DNA from: Lachnospiraceae bacterium 46-15
Lineage (GTDB): Bacteria; Bacillota; Clostridia; Lachnospirales; Lachnospiraceae
Direction: 5' to 3'
Assembly (NCBI GenBank): GCA_041223665.1
Contig: JBCLQO010000006.1
Coordinates: 35,365 to 67,364, forward strand
Length of the DNA stretch: 32,000 nt
Each line of letters opens with the position of its first letter. Within the stretch, counting starts at the first letter, position 1. Both the position numbers and the translations under genes were made by a program. Below the pieces are notes generated by a model. It was not told where the DNA came from. It worked only from the letters and a program-made list of their open reading frames with translations, and ran no database searches. Below are positions 1-8,476 of the stretch, piece after piece.

Positions 1-733
1 AGCCTTCACCAAAAGCTACGTTTTTCAATTCTGTGGAAAATGTAGTATGACGGCAGTGATCTGACCAGTATGTATCTAACACGCGTATTTCCGTCATGGA
101 AGGATCCCTTTTCTCCTCAGCTTCAAAATATTTGCGGATGTGCAGAAAATCTTTAAACGTCATAGCCAGCCCCAGAGAATCATACAGCTCCTTCAATTCC
201 TCTTCCGACTTTCCGATGAATCCCTCAAAAATCATCACATCCTGCGGCTCCTCAAAATCTGCCGCCAGTGTTTCCGGCTTCACCATCCCCGTCTCCCTGG
301 AATCTACCGGGTTAATGCAATGTGCTTTAATCGCCGCAAACTCTTCATCCGTGACATCTCCTTCAATTACATAAGTAGTCGCTGATTTAATCATCGGCTC
401 CTCATCTTCTTTCAGAAACTTGACGCACTGCACGGCAGAATCTGCCCTCTGATCAAACTGTCCCGGCAGGTATTCTACTGAAAATACCCGCGCCCCTGCC
501 GCCACATCAAAGCTTTCTTTGTAAAGCACATCTACGGGAGGCTCAGAGAACACGGTATTACACGCTCTCTCAAAAACCTCATCCGAAATATTCTCCACGT
601 CATAGCGAATCAGTTCCCGAACCCCCGTCAGGGAACCGATTCCCAAATAGCTGCGGATTTCATGGCTCAGCTCCTTTGCTGCCCCCGCAAATGCCGGCTT
701 CTTTTCCACATACACTCTTCTTACGTTGCTCAT
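1..733 (-). CDS. purL: Phosphoribosylformylglycinamidine (FGAM) synthase, N-terminal part; the CDS continues past the left window edge
   Basis: Absent from the ORF track because it has no stop codon in the window. Hand translation from ATG 733-731 gives MSNVRRVYVEKKPAFAGAAKELSHEIRSYLGIGSLTGVRELIRYDVENISDEVFERACNTVFSEPPVD..., which I recognise as the N-terminus of single-chain clostridial FGAM synthases. GGAGG lies 6 nt upstream of the ATG. Confidence 0.85.
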   Translation of the reverse strand, partial: MSNVRRVYVEKKPAFAGAAKELSHEIRSYLGIGSLTGVRELIRYDVENISDEVFERACNTVFSEPPVDVLYKESFDVAAGARVFSVEYLPGQFDQRADSAVQCVKFLKEDEEPMIKSATTYVIEGDVTDEEFAAIKAHCINPVDSRETGMVKPETLAADFEEPQDVMIFEGFIGKSEEELKELYDSLGLAMTFKDFLHIRKYFEAEEKRDPSMTEIRVLDTYWSDHCRHTTFSTELKNVAFGEG

Positions 734-791
734 CTGGTTCCTCCATGCTCTATGTTATAATTTGCAGATACCAAAATCAGTTATCTCTTTT

Positions 792-820
792 ATTCTACCA
801 TCGCATTGGGTTTCTTGCAA
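792..820 (-). promoter_or_regulatory. Sigma-A-type promoter candidate for purL
   Basis: Minus strand reads TTGCAA (820-815), a 17-nt spacer, then TAGAAT (797-792), about 60 nt upstream of the purL ATG. Consensus match only. Confidence 0.45.
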
Positions 821-861
821 GAAAAATACAGGCGCAGAGTGCATTCCACACCCCGCGCCTG
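820..861 (-). terminator. Rho-independent terminator of the surface-protein gene
   Basis: Minus strand has a 13-bp stem, CAGGCGCGGGGTG / CACTCTGCGCCTG, with two G-U pairs and a 7-nt loop, followed by TATTTTTCTT. It begins 12 nt after the stop codon at 873-875. Confidence 0.6.
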
Positions 862-872
862 CAGCTTACTGC

Positions 873-3800
873 TTATTTAATTGTTGATTTTTTACTCATA
901 CCGCCTTTTTTCTTAAGGTTGGTAAGCAGTTTCTTCTTCTGCGCTTTCTTTTTAATCTTCTTCACAGTAACGGCAACCTTCTTAGCTGTCTTACTGAAAG
1001 CTTTCTTACCAATCGTTGGAGCTTTCTTACCCTGGAAGGTAACTTTTTTCAGCTTCTTACAGCCCATGAATGCCTGCTTTCCAATGGATTTAACATTCGC
1101 GCCAACCGTCAGCTTTGTGGCATTCTTACAGCTCTTGAAAGCGTTGTTGCCTATCTTTGTTACCTTATAAGTCGTACCATTAATCTTTACTGTAGATTTA
1201 ACTGTTATGCTCTTAAGCTTTGCATCTCCCTTTATGGCCGCCGCAGTTTTGCTCTTAGCATTGTCAATTTTATATTGAATGCCAGATATTGTTACCATGT
1301 CTGATACCGGGCGGTTCGGAACTGGCCCTGGTCCCGGATCTGGCGTTACTGCCGTAAACCGATACGTCACTAACTGCTGTGTCAGACGTGTCAGCTCTGC
1401 CACACTTGGCGCCTCTTTTGCCAGCTCTGCCTGTAAAGCCTTCTTAATAGCCTCATAAGCATTCCAGCTTTCCGCAGTATAACGGCCATTATTGCTGGTT
1501 TCTGCCTTACTCAATGCTGCCTGTGCTGCTGCTTTTGCTTTGCTAAGTTCTTCACTTGGCGGTACAATTGCTGGCGCTTCATCAAATTTGTACTCTTTCA
1601 GCAATTTCGTCAAGCGTATCAGTTCTGCTTCGTCAAGCTCTTCCTTCGCCAGTTCTGCCCGCAGCGCCGCCTTAATAGCTTCATATCCTGCCCAGCTAGC
1701 TTCAGTATAACGGCCTCCATTTACAGCCTCTGCATTGTTCAGCGCCTCTCTTGCCGCATTAGCCGCTTCTGTCGCCATCGTAGTTTCCAGACATGACATA
1801 GCAGCATTAAAGAACTCCCTGACCTTCTGTATCTCCTCAACGGAAAGATTGTCCAATCCCGGGCTGGCTGCCGCATTAGCGATATCATATTGCCGCCTGA
1901 ACTCTACCCAGCTCTCTGCCGTATATTTCGTTCCGCCGCTTTCCAAAGGTACATTACCCCTGCTCATAATAGCGCCCGCTCTTTCTATAGCCGCCTGCGC
2001 CTCTGCTTTCGCCTTTTCCTGCGCTTCCTTGCTCACCACCTTAATAACGAGCTGTTTTCCCTCTGTCGACGCATCTCCAAAGGTGGCGCTGACCACGAGC
2101 ACTATCTGGCCTGGATTCGTTACACGAAGCGTTTTCTGTCCGCCGTCACCGTCAATAATGGAAGCTCCTGCCGTATTCTGGGCTCCTGTTCCAAGTCCAT
2201 ATTCCCGAACCAGCATCGGATCTACGGAATGTTTCAAACAGCCATATCTATTGGTTCGTACTACTACTTTATCATCCATCACAACCGTAGCTGATTCAGC
2301 GCCTGACTCCAGAACAATTTCGGAAGGACCTGTATAAGAAATTGCACCAATCGCACACTCACAAGTATTTTCACTTCTATCCTGCAGGTTTCCATCGGCT
2401 GTCACCAGGTTTTCCTTAGCTGACGCATAAATGTCCGGCTTTCTATTTGCTTTCGACTGAACAAGCGCCTGGGCTCTGTCGTAAGCTGCCCTATATGCCT
2501 GCCAAGTCTGCCGTGTATACCGGAGTTCATCCGTATCTTTCAGCTCTCCGCTTTCATTTTCCACCTGCTTATAAGCAGATTTCCTTGGGTTCTCCTTAAC
2601 ATATTCTGCCAGCGCTGTCTTAGGTTCTTCAAGCCCTTTGCACTTATAAATATAGGTCAATACTGCTCCTGTATCGTCCAATTCACAAGATTCAATATCA
2701 TCTTCTGACACAGTTATCCATTCCTCAGCACCAGCTCCTGTGCTTGGATTTTTTATATACAGGAAATTATTTTCTGCCGCATTTGCCGGGAATACAATAT
2801 CTTTATCTGTATCCTTCGCTAGCTGCTTCTCACCTGTCTCTACCTCAACTTTCAGCCGATAGTCCTCATACGCGCTCGGCATTTCAACCTCTGTCGTACT
2901 GCCTTCCGTATTTTCCAGCCATGTACAGCTCTTCAGCTTGTAGGCAGAAGGATTGCCGCTCAAAACCACATTCGGCTCATGCCCCCGCAGATAATTATCA
3001 AAAAATTCTTTCACTTCAGCCGCCGTATCCACGCTGGCTTCTGGCGCCGTATAATTTCCCAGAAAAGCACTATCTCCTTCCTCACCTGAACGTGTATAGG
3101 AGTACATTTCAAAGTTCTTTATTGTACCTGTATATATTTCTTTGCTAGTTTTTGCAGGAGTCGAATCATCTCCATGCTCCCACATTTCGGCATTATACCC
3201 AATTGTGAATTTCGGGAATTCCGGCGTATGCTCTCCAGGCTTCAGATTCCCGGACACTGCTCTGGCCGTACCGCGTTTTCCACCTGCATACAGTTCAAAC
3301 TTCCCTCCTGTATACACCGCTACCATCTCTATGTTCTGTCCCAGGAACTCCTTGACATCAATCGTTGTTGTTGGCCACAGTTTCCCATTCGCATCGCTTG
3401 GGTTCCATGCACATCCAAACACCTGCAGATTAACCGCGCTTCCGCTCGGCTCTAACTGTATTCCATACTGACTGTTCAACTTTCCGATAATAGACTGCTT
3501 CCCTGTTACTGTTGCGGGCAGCCCCAGCTCACAGCGAATTAAAAAGCTCTTAGTATCGGAATTTGCACTTTCGTGCCCCATATCAAAAATCTGGTTAATC
3601 GTACTTCCATCTGCATCAGTGTTATTTGCTGTTACCATTCCCTGAACGCTTCCATCTTTATTTACTTTAAAACCTTCTTCATAAATAAACTGTACGTCAG
3701 GGTTGTCCGTAGTTCCCGTGATTCCTCCGGTATCCTCCATCCAGACTTTCTGTTCATCAAACGTTCTGTCTATATATACTTTTGGATTGAACTCATCGTT

Positions 3801-6344
3801 AGACAAATCTGCAGTGCCCACGTCTGCCGGCTTCAATCCCACATAACCTTTATACTCATACTCTGCCCGCAAATCTGCCAAAAGCTCTTTATAATATTCC
3901 TCAGATTCATATGCAACTTCCACTGTTCCCGAGGGGTCTGAACTTCCATATGCACCTACTGCGTCAACAGCTTCTTCATAAACCTCTTTAAAAGTTTTCC
4001 AGCTCCTCTTGGAATACTGTGCTTCTGCCTGATCTTTCGCCAGAGAAGCAATCCTGTTCATTTCCTGTGCACGTCCGGAGGTCTGAACCTCAGCTTTCAG
4101 CGCGTTATATGCATCTATTGGTGAATTCAGCGGATCATATTCGTAGTATACGGTCAGATAACTCTTTCCATTCTCATCCGGTCCCTGAACATCACCTATT
4201 GGATATGCCTGAAGCTGGCTGTCTCCGTTCAGGATGACTGTCATCACTTCGGCAAAACGGTTGGTAGTACTCAAGGTTGCTTCAAAGCCATAGGTTACAT
4301 TATCCCTGAATTTCTCATCCGCTGTCATGTCTGTTTTGGTATTACCGTTTTTCTTATACCATTTATAATTCTCCACATTATAATTGCCGTCTATTGCCGC
4401 GGAAATTCTGGAGTTCCCCGCCGTTTCATTATATGTCGGCTCCTTAACGCTCAGTCCTATATCACCTGTTTCCTCCGCAATCCGGGTACCCATAATTTCA
4501 ATTTCGCTGATGCCGATATTCGGATTCATCTCATCCGCATTCGACGCTCTCTCCTTGAATTCAAAACGGACATATCTCTTGAGACGTTTTGTGGTATAGT
4601 TTTCCTCCGGAATGGAAAGTTCCTTAAAACTCTGGCCTCCTGTATTTGTATCTGTCGCATTGCCGACTACTTCCCACGTTCCCGGAAAAACAGGTTCTCC
4701 GCCTGCCAACTCAATATTATTCTCATTTTCGGGCACGCCGTCTGGCTCTTCATACTCGTCCGAAGTGTAAACCATGTAATTATTTGCCGAGTCAAATGCA
4801 AACCATTTAACTTTGATAGAACTTACCAGCGTTGTCGTATCTTCTCCCAAATCAAGTACAAAGTTAGCAGCATCCCTCGTATTATTCAGCATGTTGATAC
4901 CTTTTTGATTTTCAGCATCAAACACGGACGGAACCCAATGTTCAACATCACCTGCCGTTGTTTCTACTTTTCCGTCAATTGCATATTCCGGCGCCAGGGT
5001 GATTGTGTCCTCCCCGTCTTTATATGCATCTGCTCCTGAGTAAGCTGCAATCCGCGTGGAGCCGCCGGCACTGATCCCTAACGCCACGTTCTCCTCACCC
5101 TGCGGTTTCCAAACATCTCCGTGAATTTCAAACTCACGCAGCCCGCCTTCTGCCATGCCGCTGTCTGACGCTGTATTTACGCTCTTAACTACCAGACGGA
5201 CATATCTTTTAAGCGTCGTAGTCCTAAGCTTCCTGTTCACATTATCTGAGTCATTAAACACATCCAATGGCTGCCGAATCGGATTTGCCGCCGTATCACT
5301 GTATACCTGGCGGTCAAACTCTGCTACGGTTGTCCAGGTAGAGCCTTCCTTTCCAGCATAATCCAACTCTGCCCATGAAACCCCCGTACTGTTTTCACCT
5401 AATGTTGACGTACATGTATCCGAAGTCTCTATGGCATATCTGCTTCCCCATCCCCGTGCATTCCATCTAAGCTGAATCTCCGAAATTTTCGTTTCTGTGG
5501 AATGCAGGTCATAAACAATATAGTTTACCTTCCCGTTTCCGTTATTCCATGTGGGTGTGCTCCTCGGCTGCCAATAATCGTTATCAGCCGTACCAGCCTC
5601 CGTATTCCCATGTCCATTAATGGTATTTAGAGGACTCGTATCATTGTTCATCCTTCCAGTATACGCTTTTACGGTTGTTTTCCCGCCGGCACTCGCTCCC
5701 AAAGCCACATTTACGCTCTCTGCTTTCTGGCTCAGCCTTCCAGCCTCATTAATATACATACGGCTTCCGGAGATGAATTTATTCTCTCTTTCTGTACTGC
5801 TTCCAGCTGTCTCCTGTACTTCTACGCATACATGACGCGCCTTCTGCGCCATATCAAAAACAGCTTCCTGCCAGCCATCTGACGTCCATTTATCGTCGGC
5901 CGGCGTCTCATAGACCTGAAGCCATCCTGACTCATCAATCGACTGTACGTCCCCTGTATCTACATTAGATACGTAAATCTTACACCGTTCAATACTGCCA
6001 TCTTCTCCGATTGGTAAATAGCTCACAGAACCCAAAAGCTTGGAGGTTTCAAGGGTAAAATAAAGCTTTTTTCCTTCTGCCGAAGACAATTCATTCGTAA
6101 ACATGTACTTCGACTTTACTTTCAAGCCGCTGACTGGCGTTGAAGCATTCTCCTCACTGCCACTCAAATTAGAGGTCACACTTAACTTTCTTTCATCTAC
6201 TGGCCTATACTTATACTGCAGCCCCATGTCCTGCTCTGTCTGCGCAGCTGCCTGCGCAGAAATCCCTGTCAGATTGGAAAACGGAACACCCGTTACCACC
6301 AAAGTTCCCGCCAGGAAACCCGCTAAAAATCTTTTCCACTTCAT
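873..6344 (-). CDS. Large secreted cell-surface protein (1823 aa). Contains discoidin/F5-8-type-C-like and LamG-like lectin modules, FIVAR repeats, an Ig-like module, a C-terminal BspA-type leucine-rich repeat and a poly-Lys tail.
   Basis: The ORF track gives 873..6455. I place the start at Met38 (ATG 6344-6342) because AAGGAG lies 8 nt upstream and it opens a signal peptide, MKWKRFLAGFLAGTLVVTGVPFSNLTGISAQAAA. Recurrent NVALG.SAGG...W...Y.V..S blocks look like discoidin domains. Repeated (R/K)YT.ESW..Y..A helices look like FIVAR. The tail ...TKIGNNAFKSCKNATKLTVGANVKSIGKQAFMGCKKLKKVTF looks like BspA-type LRR. Confidence 0.85.
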   Translation of the reverse strand: MKWKRFLAGFLAGTLVVTGVPFSNLTGISAQAAAQTEQDMGLQYKYRPVDERKLSVTSNLSGSEENASTPVSGLKVKSKYMFTNELSSAEGKKLYFTLETSKLLGSVSYLPIGEDGSIERCKIYVSNVDTGDVQSIDESGWLQVYETPADDKWTSDGWQEAVFDMAQKARHVCVEVQETAGSSTERENKFISGSRMYINEAGRLSQKAESVNVALGASAGGKTTVKAYTGRMNNDTSPLNTINGHGNTEAGTADNDYWQPRSTPTWNNGNGKVNYIVYDLHSTETKISEIQLRWNARGWGSRYAIETSDTCTSTLGENSTGVSWAELDYAGKEGSTWTTVAEFDRQVYSDTAANPIRQPLDVFNDSDNVNRKLRTTTLKRYVRLVVKSVNTASDSGMAEGGLREFEIHGDVWKPQGEENVALGISAGGSTRIAAYSGADAYKDGEDTITLAPEYAIDGKVETTAGDVEHWVPSVFDAENQKGINMLNNTRDAANFVLDLGEDTTTLVSSIKVKWFAFDSANNYMVYTSDEYEEPDGVPENENNIELAGGEPVFPGTWEVVGNATDTNTGGQSFKELSIPEENYTTKRLKRYVRFEFKERASNADEMNPNIGISEIEIMGTRIAEETGDIGLSVKEPTYNETAGNSRISAAIDGNYNVENYKWYKKNGNTKTDMTADEKFRDNVTYGFEATLSTTNRFAEVMTVILNGDSQLQAYPIGDVQGPDENGKSYLTVYYEYDPLNSPIDAYNALKAEVQTSGRAQEMNRIASLAKDQAEAQYSKRSWKTFKEVYEEAVDAVGAYGSSDPSGTVEVAYESEEYYKELLADLRAEYEYKGYVGLKPADVGTADLSNDEFNPKVYIDRTFDEQKVWMEDTGGITGTTDNPDVQFIYEEGFKVNKDGSVQGMVTANNTDADGSTINQIFDMGHESANSDTKSFLIRCELGLPATVTGKQSIIGKLNSQYGIQLEPSGSAVNLQVFGCAWNPSDANGKLWPTTTIDVKEFLGQNIEMVAVYTGGKFELYAGGKRGTARAVSGNLKPGEHTPEFPKFTIGYNAEMWEHGDDSTPAKTSKEIYTGTIKNFEMYSYTRSGEEGDSAFLGNYTAPEASVDTAAEVKEFFDNYLRGHEPNVVLSGNPSAYKLKSCTWLENTEGSTTEVEMPSAYEDYRLKVEVETGEKQLAKDTDKDIVFPANAAENNFLYIKNPSTGAGAEEWITVSEDDIESCELDDTGAVLTYIYKCKGLEEPKTALAEYVKENPRKSAYKQVENESGELKDTDELRYTRQTWQAYRAAYDRAQALVQSKANRKPDIYASAKENLVTADGNLQDRSENTCECAIGAISYTGPSEIVLESGAESATVVMDDKVVVRTNRYGCLKHSVDPMLVREYGLGTGAQNTAGASIIDGDGGQKTLRVTNPGQIVLVVSATFGDASTEGKQLVIKVVSKEAQEKAKAEAQAAIERAGAIMSRGNVPLESGGTKYTAESWVEFRRQYDIANAAASPGLDNLSVEEIQKVREFFNAAMSCLETTMATEAANAAREALNNAEAVNGGRYTEASWAGYEAIKAALRAELAKEELDEAELIRLTKLLKEYKFDEAPAIVPPSEELSKAKAAAQAALSKAETSNNGRYTAESWNAYEAIKKALQAELAKEAPSVAELTRLTQQLVTYRFTAVTPDPGPGPVPNRPVSDMVTISGIQYKIDNAKSKTAAAIKGDAKLKSITVKSTVKINGTTYKVTKIGNNAFKSCKNATKLTVGANVKSIGKQAFMGCKKLKKVTFQGKKAPTIGKKAFSKTAKKVAVTVKKIKKKAQKKKLLTNLKKKGGMSKKSTIK

Positions 6345-6506
6345 ACTTAAAATCTCCTTCGCAAAATAACTGGTGTACTTTACACCCAATTTATCAGATA
6401 ACAAAAAACTCTGGAACTTTTTCTGTCCCTCTGAACATACCATCTCCTTTCCCATAAAAATCCCCTTTTATAGAAGTTTTTGCAAAACTTTTTCCTAATC
6501 TTTTTA

Positions 6507-6535
6507 ATTATAGCATACACATTTATAGAAAGCAA
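6507..6535 (-). promoter_or_regulatory. Promoter candidate for the surface-protein gene
   Basis: Minus strand reads TTGCTT (6535-6530), a 17-nt spacer, then TATAAT (6512-6507). This implies a 5' UTR of about 160 nt. Confidence 0.45.
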
Positions 6536-6612
6536 CTTAGAATTCCTCCCTCTCCCACTCCTGACTTAGTTTGAATTCACAAAAAACAAAACGAAAATTC
6601 CAAAAAATTTTA

Positions 6613-6641
6613 TTGACTTTTGTCACATTCTATGATATAAA
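6613..6641 (+). promoter_or_regulatory. Promoter candidate for tRNA-Trp
   Basis: TTGACT (6613-6618), a 17-nt spacer, then TATAAA (6636-6641), ending 17 nt before the mature tRNA 5' end. Confidence 0.55.
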
Positions 6642-6658
6642 GATATAGTGTTTTGTAC

Positions 6659-6729
6659 AGGGGATTGGTCAAATGGTATGACAGGAGTCTCCAAAACTCT
6701 TAGCGGGAGTTCGATTCTCTCATCCCCTG
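6659..6729 (+). tRNA. trnW: tRNA-Trp, anticodon CCA; the 3' CCA is not encoded
   Basis: Hand-folded cloverleaf. Acceptor stem AGGGGAT/ATCCCCT. D stem GTCA/TGAC. Anticodon stem GGAGT/ACTCT with loop CU-CCA-AA. T arm GGGAG-TTCGATT-CTCTC. Discriminator G at 6729. Confidence 0.93.
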
Positions 6730-6740
6730 CTATATACATA

Positions 6741-6782
6741 AGGGTTTAGTCGGTATCTGCCGATTAGACCCTATATTATTTG
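6741..6782 (+). terminator. Hairpin plus T-rich tail downstream of tRNA-Trp (first of two)
   Basis: A 13-bp stem, AGGGTTTAGTCGG / CCGATTAGACCCT, with two G-U pairs and a 6-nt loop, followed by ATATTATTTG. Confidence 0.45.
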
Positions 6783-6792
6783 AATCTGTTTT

Positions 6793-6822
6793 GGGCGGCT
6801 TTTCAGCCGCCCGTTTTTATTT
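6793..6822 (+). terminator. Rho-independent terminator
   Basis: GGGCGGCT-TTTC-AGCCGCCC followed by GTTTTTATTT. The U-tract is on the plus strand only. Confidence 0.7.
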
Positions 6823-6854
6823 CTATAAAGCTGCTGCTTATGCAGCTCCATATA

Positions 6855-7628
6855 TTAGTATTTTGGCTTATTTTTCTGGTAAATCAGTTTTAAACCTTTC
6901 AAAAGCAAGGCATCGTCAATTATCACATTTTCTATACAATGCGGAATAATACATTTTGCAAATCCACCCGTGGCAATAACAGTAGCACTCTCCCCCAGTT
7001 CCCTGTTAATCCTCTGAATCATCCCATCAAGGCAGGCTGCATTCCCATAAATCAACCCGCTTTTCATACAATCAATCGTGTTTGTACCAATCAGCTTCTT
7101 CGGAGCTTCGACACTGATACGGGGAAGCTGGGACGTCCGGCTGGTCAGGGAATCTGAAGAAACACGAATCCCTGGAAGAATCATCCCCCCAATATAATTC
7201 TGCTTTTTATCCACCACAGAAATAGTCGTAGCCGTCCCAATATCAATAATAATCAACGGCGGTTTATATTCGGCGATACCTGCCACTGCATTCGCTACTA
7301 AATCACTTCCAACCTGCGCCGGATTGTCCATCAATAAATTCAGTCCGGTCTTGACCCCCGGCCCGATAATGACGGCCTCCTTATCCGTAATTTTCCTTGC
7401 AGCTTCTTTTACAATATTCGTAATGGGCGGCACCACAGAAGAAATGATACAGCCCTGAACCTCCACAGCGTCCAGATGATACATTTCCAATACATTTTTA
7501 AAGCTTATTGCATATTCGAGGACAGTCCTGGTAACCTCTGTGGAAAGCCGTTCTACGAAAAGAATTTCCTCATTTTTTATACATCCGATTACAATGTTTG
7601 TATTTCCGATATCTATTGCTAAAATCAT
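6855..7628 (-). CDS. coaX: Type III pantothenate kinase (Baf/CoaX family)
   Basis: 257 aa. The N-terminus MILAIDIGNTN is an ASKHA phosphate-1 motif, and DIGTATT and ATGG motifs follow later. AAAGGAG RBS upstream. Confidence 0.9.
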   Translation of the reverse strand: MILAIDIGNTNIVIGCIKNEEILFVERLSTEVTRTVLEYAISFKNVLEMYHLDAVEVQGCIISSVVPPITNIVKEAARKITDKEAVIIGPGVKTGLNLLMDNPAQVGSDLVANAVAGIAEYKPPLIIIDIGTATTISVVDKKQNYIGGMILPGIRVSSDSLTSRTSQLPRISVEAPKKLIGTNTIDCMKSGLIYGNAACLDGMIQRINRELGESATVIATGGFAKCIIPHCIENVIIDDALLLKGLKLIYQKNKPKY

Positions 7629-7699
7629 ATTTACTCCTTTTTCTGTAATAATCCGCGTCCGTACAAATTCTCAAAAGTGAACGCCACAGACATATCTGT

Positions 7700-8338
7700 T
7701 TACTGTGTCTGCCTGTATTGAAATAAAACCCGGCAGATAACGCTTACCAAAACAGCGGATACAATCGCTTCCGGAACTCCGTTGATTCCGATGACAGACA
7801 GGATAAACGTGTAAACCGCCCCTTCTGCCACGTTGTTGGCAGCAGCATAAGCTGCACGGAAAAATACATAAATCAAGTTCATCACCAACAGCGTATTTGT
7901 TAACGCTCCCGCAATCCCGGCAGCTGCAAGGGAAAGCATCTGCTTCCCGGCAGTATGTTCAAGCCCACGGTATACATACCAGGGAACCACACCCACCAGT
8001 ATCCTCGGCACAAAGCAGATAATCACGCTTCCTATTCCGCCATGCACCTCCCCCAGCTCAAAAAATGGAGTGAATACAAAGCTGGTTGCCGTCGGGTTCA
8101 TCGTATTGTTGATAAAGCTTGTCATTCCAAATACAAATCCCAAAAATGCACCCTTTTTAGGCCCAAGCATCAGGGAACCGATAATGACCGGTATGTGGAT
8201 AATCGTTGCACGGGTAAATCCCAGAGGAATATAGCCCAGAAACGGTGTGAACGCCAGGATGATAATCAGTGCCGCGAAAAGTGCAACCTGTACCATGCCC
8301 AGGGTTTGTGAAGTGTTTTCATGTGATGTTGTTTTCAT
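7700..8338 (-). CDS. ECF transporter S-component-like membrane protein; pantothenate (PanT-like) specificity is suggested only by linkage to coaX
   Basis: The product is polytopic and hydrophobic. I moved the start to Met17 (ATG 8338-8336) because AAGGAGAG lies 7 nt upstream. The gene sits 71 nt upstream of coaX with no convincing terminator between them. Confidence 0.75.
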   Translation of the reverse strand: MKTTSHENTSQTLGMVQVALFAALIIILAFTPFLGYIPLGFTRATIIHIPVIIGSLMLGPKKGAFLGFVFGMTSFINNTMNPTATSFVFTPFFELGEVHGGIGSVIICFVPRILVGVVPWYVYRGLEHTAGKQMLSLAAAGIAGALTNTLLVMNLIYVFFRAAYAAANNVAEGAVYTFILSVIGINGVPEAIVSAVLVSVICRVLFQYRQTQ

Positions 8339-8389
8339 GTTTTTTCTCTCCTTGTTATTATTCTCGTTGTTGAGATACAATACCAAGAC

Positions 8390-8418
8390 AGTATAGCATA
8401 TCTGCGCAGAGAGTTCAA
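8390..8418 (-). promoter_or_regulatory. Promoter candidate for the S-component/coaX pair
   Basis: Minus strand reads TTGAAC (8418-8413), a 17-nt spacer, then TATACT (8395-8390). Confidence 0.5.
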
Positions 8419-8464
8419 AAGCAAATTCACCAAAACAGCTTCCAAATCAACTGCCTTGGTGAAT
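8414..8464 (-). terminator. Rho-independent terminator closing the SIR2 operon
   Basis: Minus strand has a 14-bp stem, ATTCACCAAGGCAG / CTGTTTTGGTGAAT, with two G-U pairs and a 12-nt loop, followed by TTGCTTTTG. It starts 13 nt after the SIR2 stop codon. Confidence 0.6.
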
Positions 8465-8476
8465 CTATGTATCTAT

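Noticed and set aside
676-6369. Many plus-strand track ORFs (676..1170, 1492..1710, 1735..2337, 2744..3148, 3142..3471, 3573..3941 and others) lie antisense to purL or the big surface-protein gene.
   Set aside because: They lie wholly inside a long minus-strand CDS with clear domain content. Their products are low-complexity (Ser/Leu/Phe/Pro-rich), have no RBS, and resemble no family. These are typical shadow ORFs.
6345-6455. Upstream extension of the surface-protein ORF (MGKEMVCSEGQKKF...).
   Set aside because: There is no RBS at 6455. Met38 has AAGGAG and begins a textbook signal peptide.
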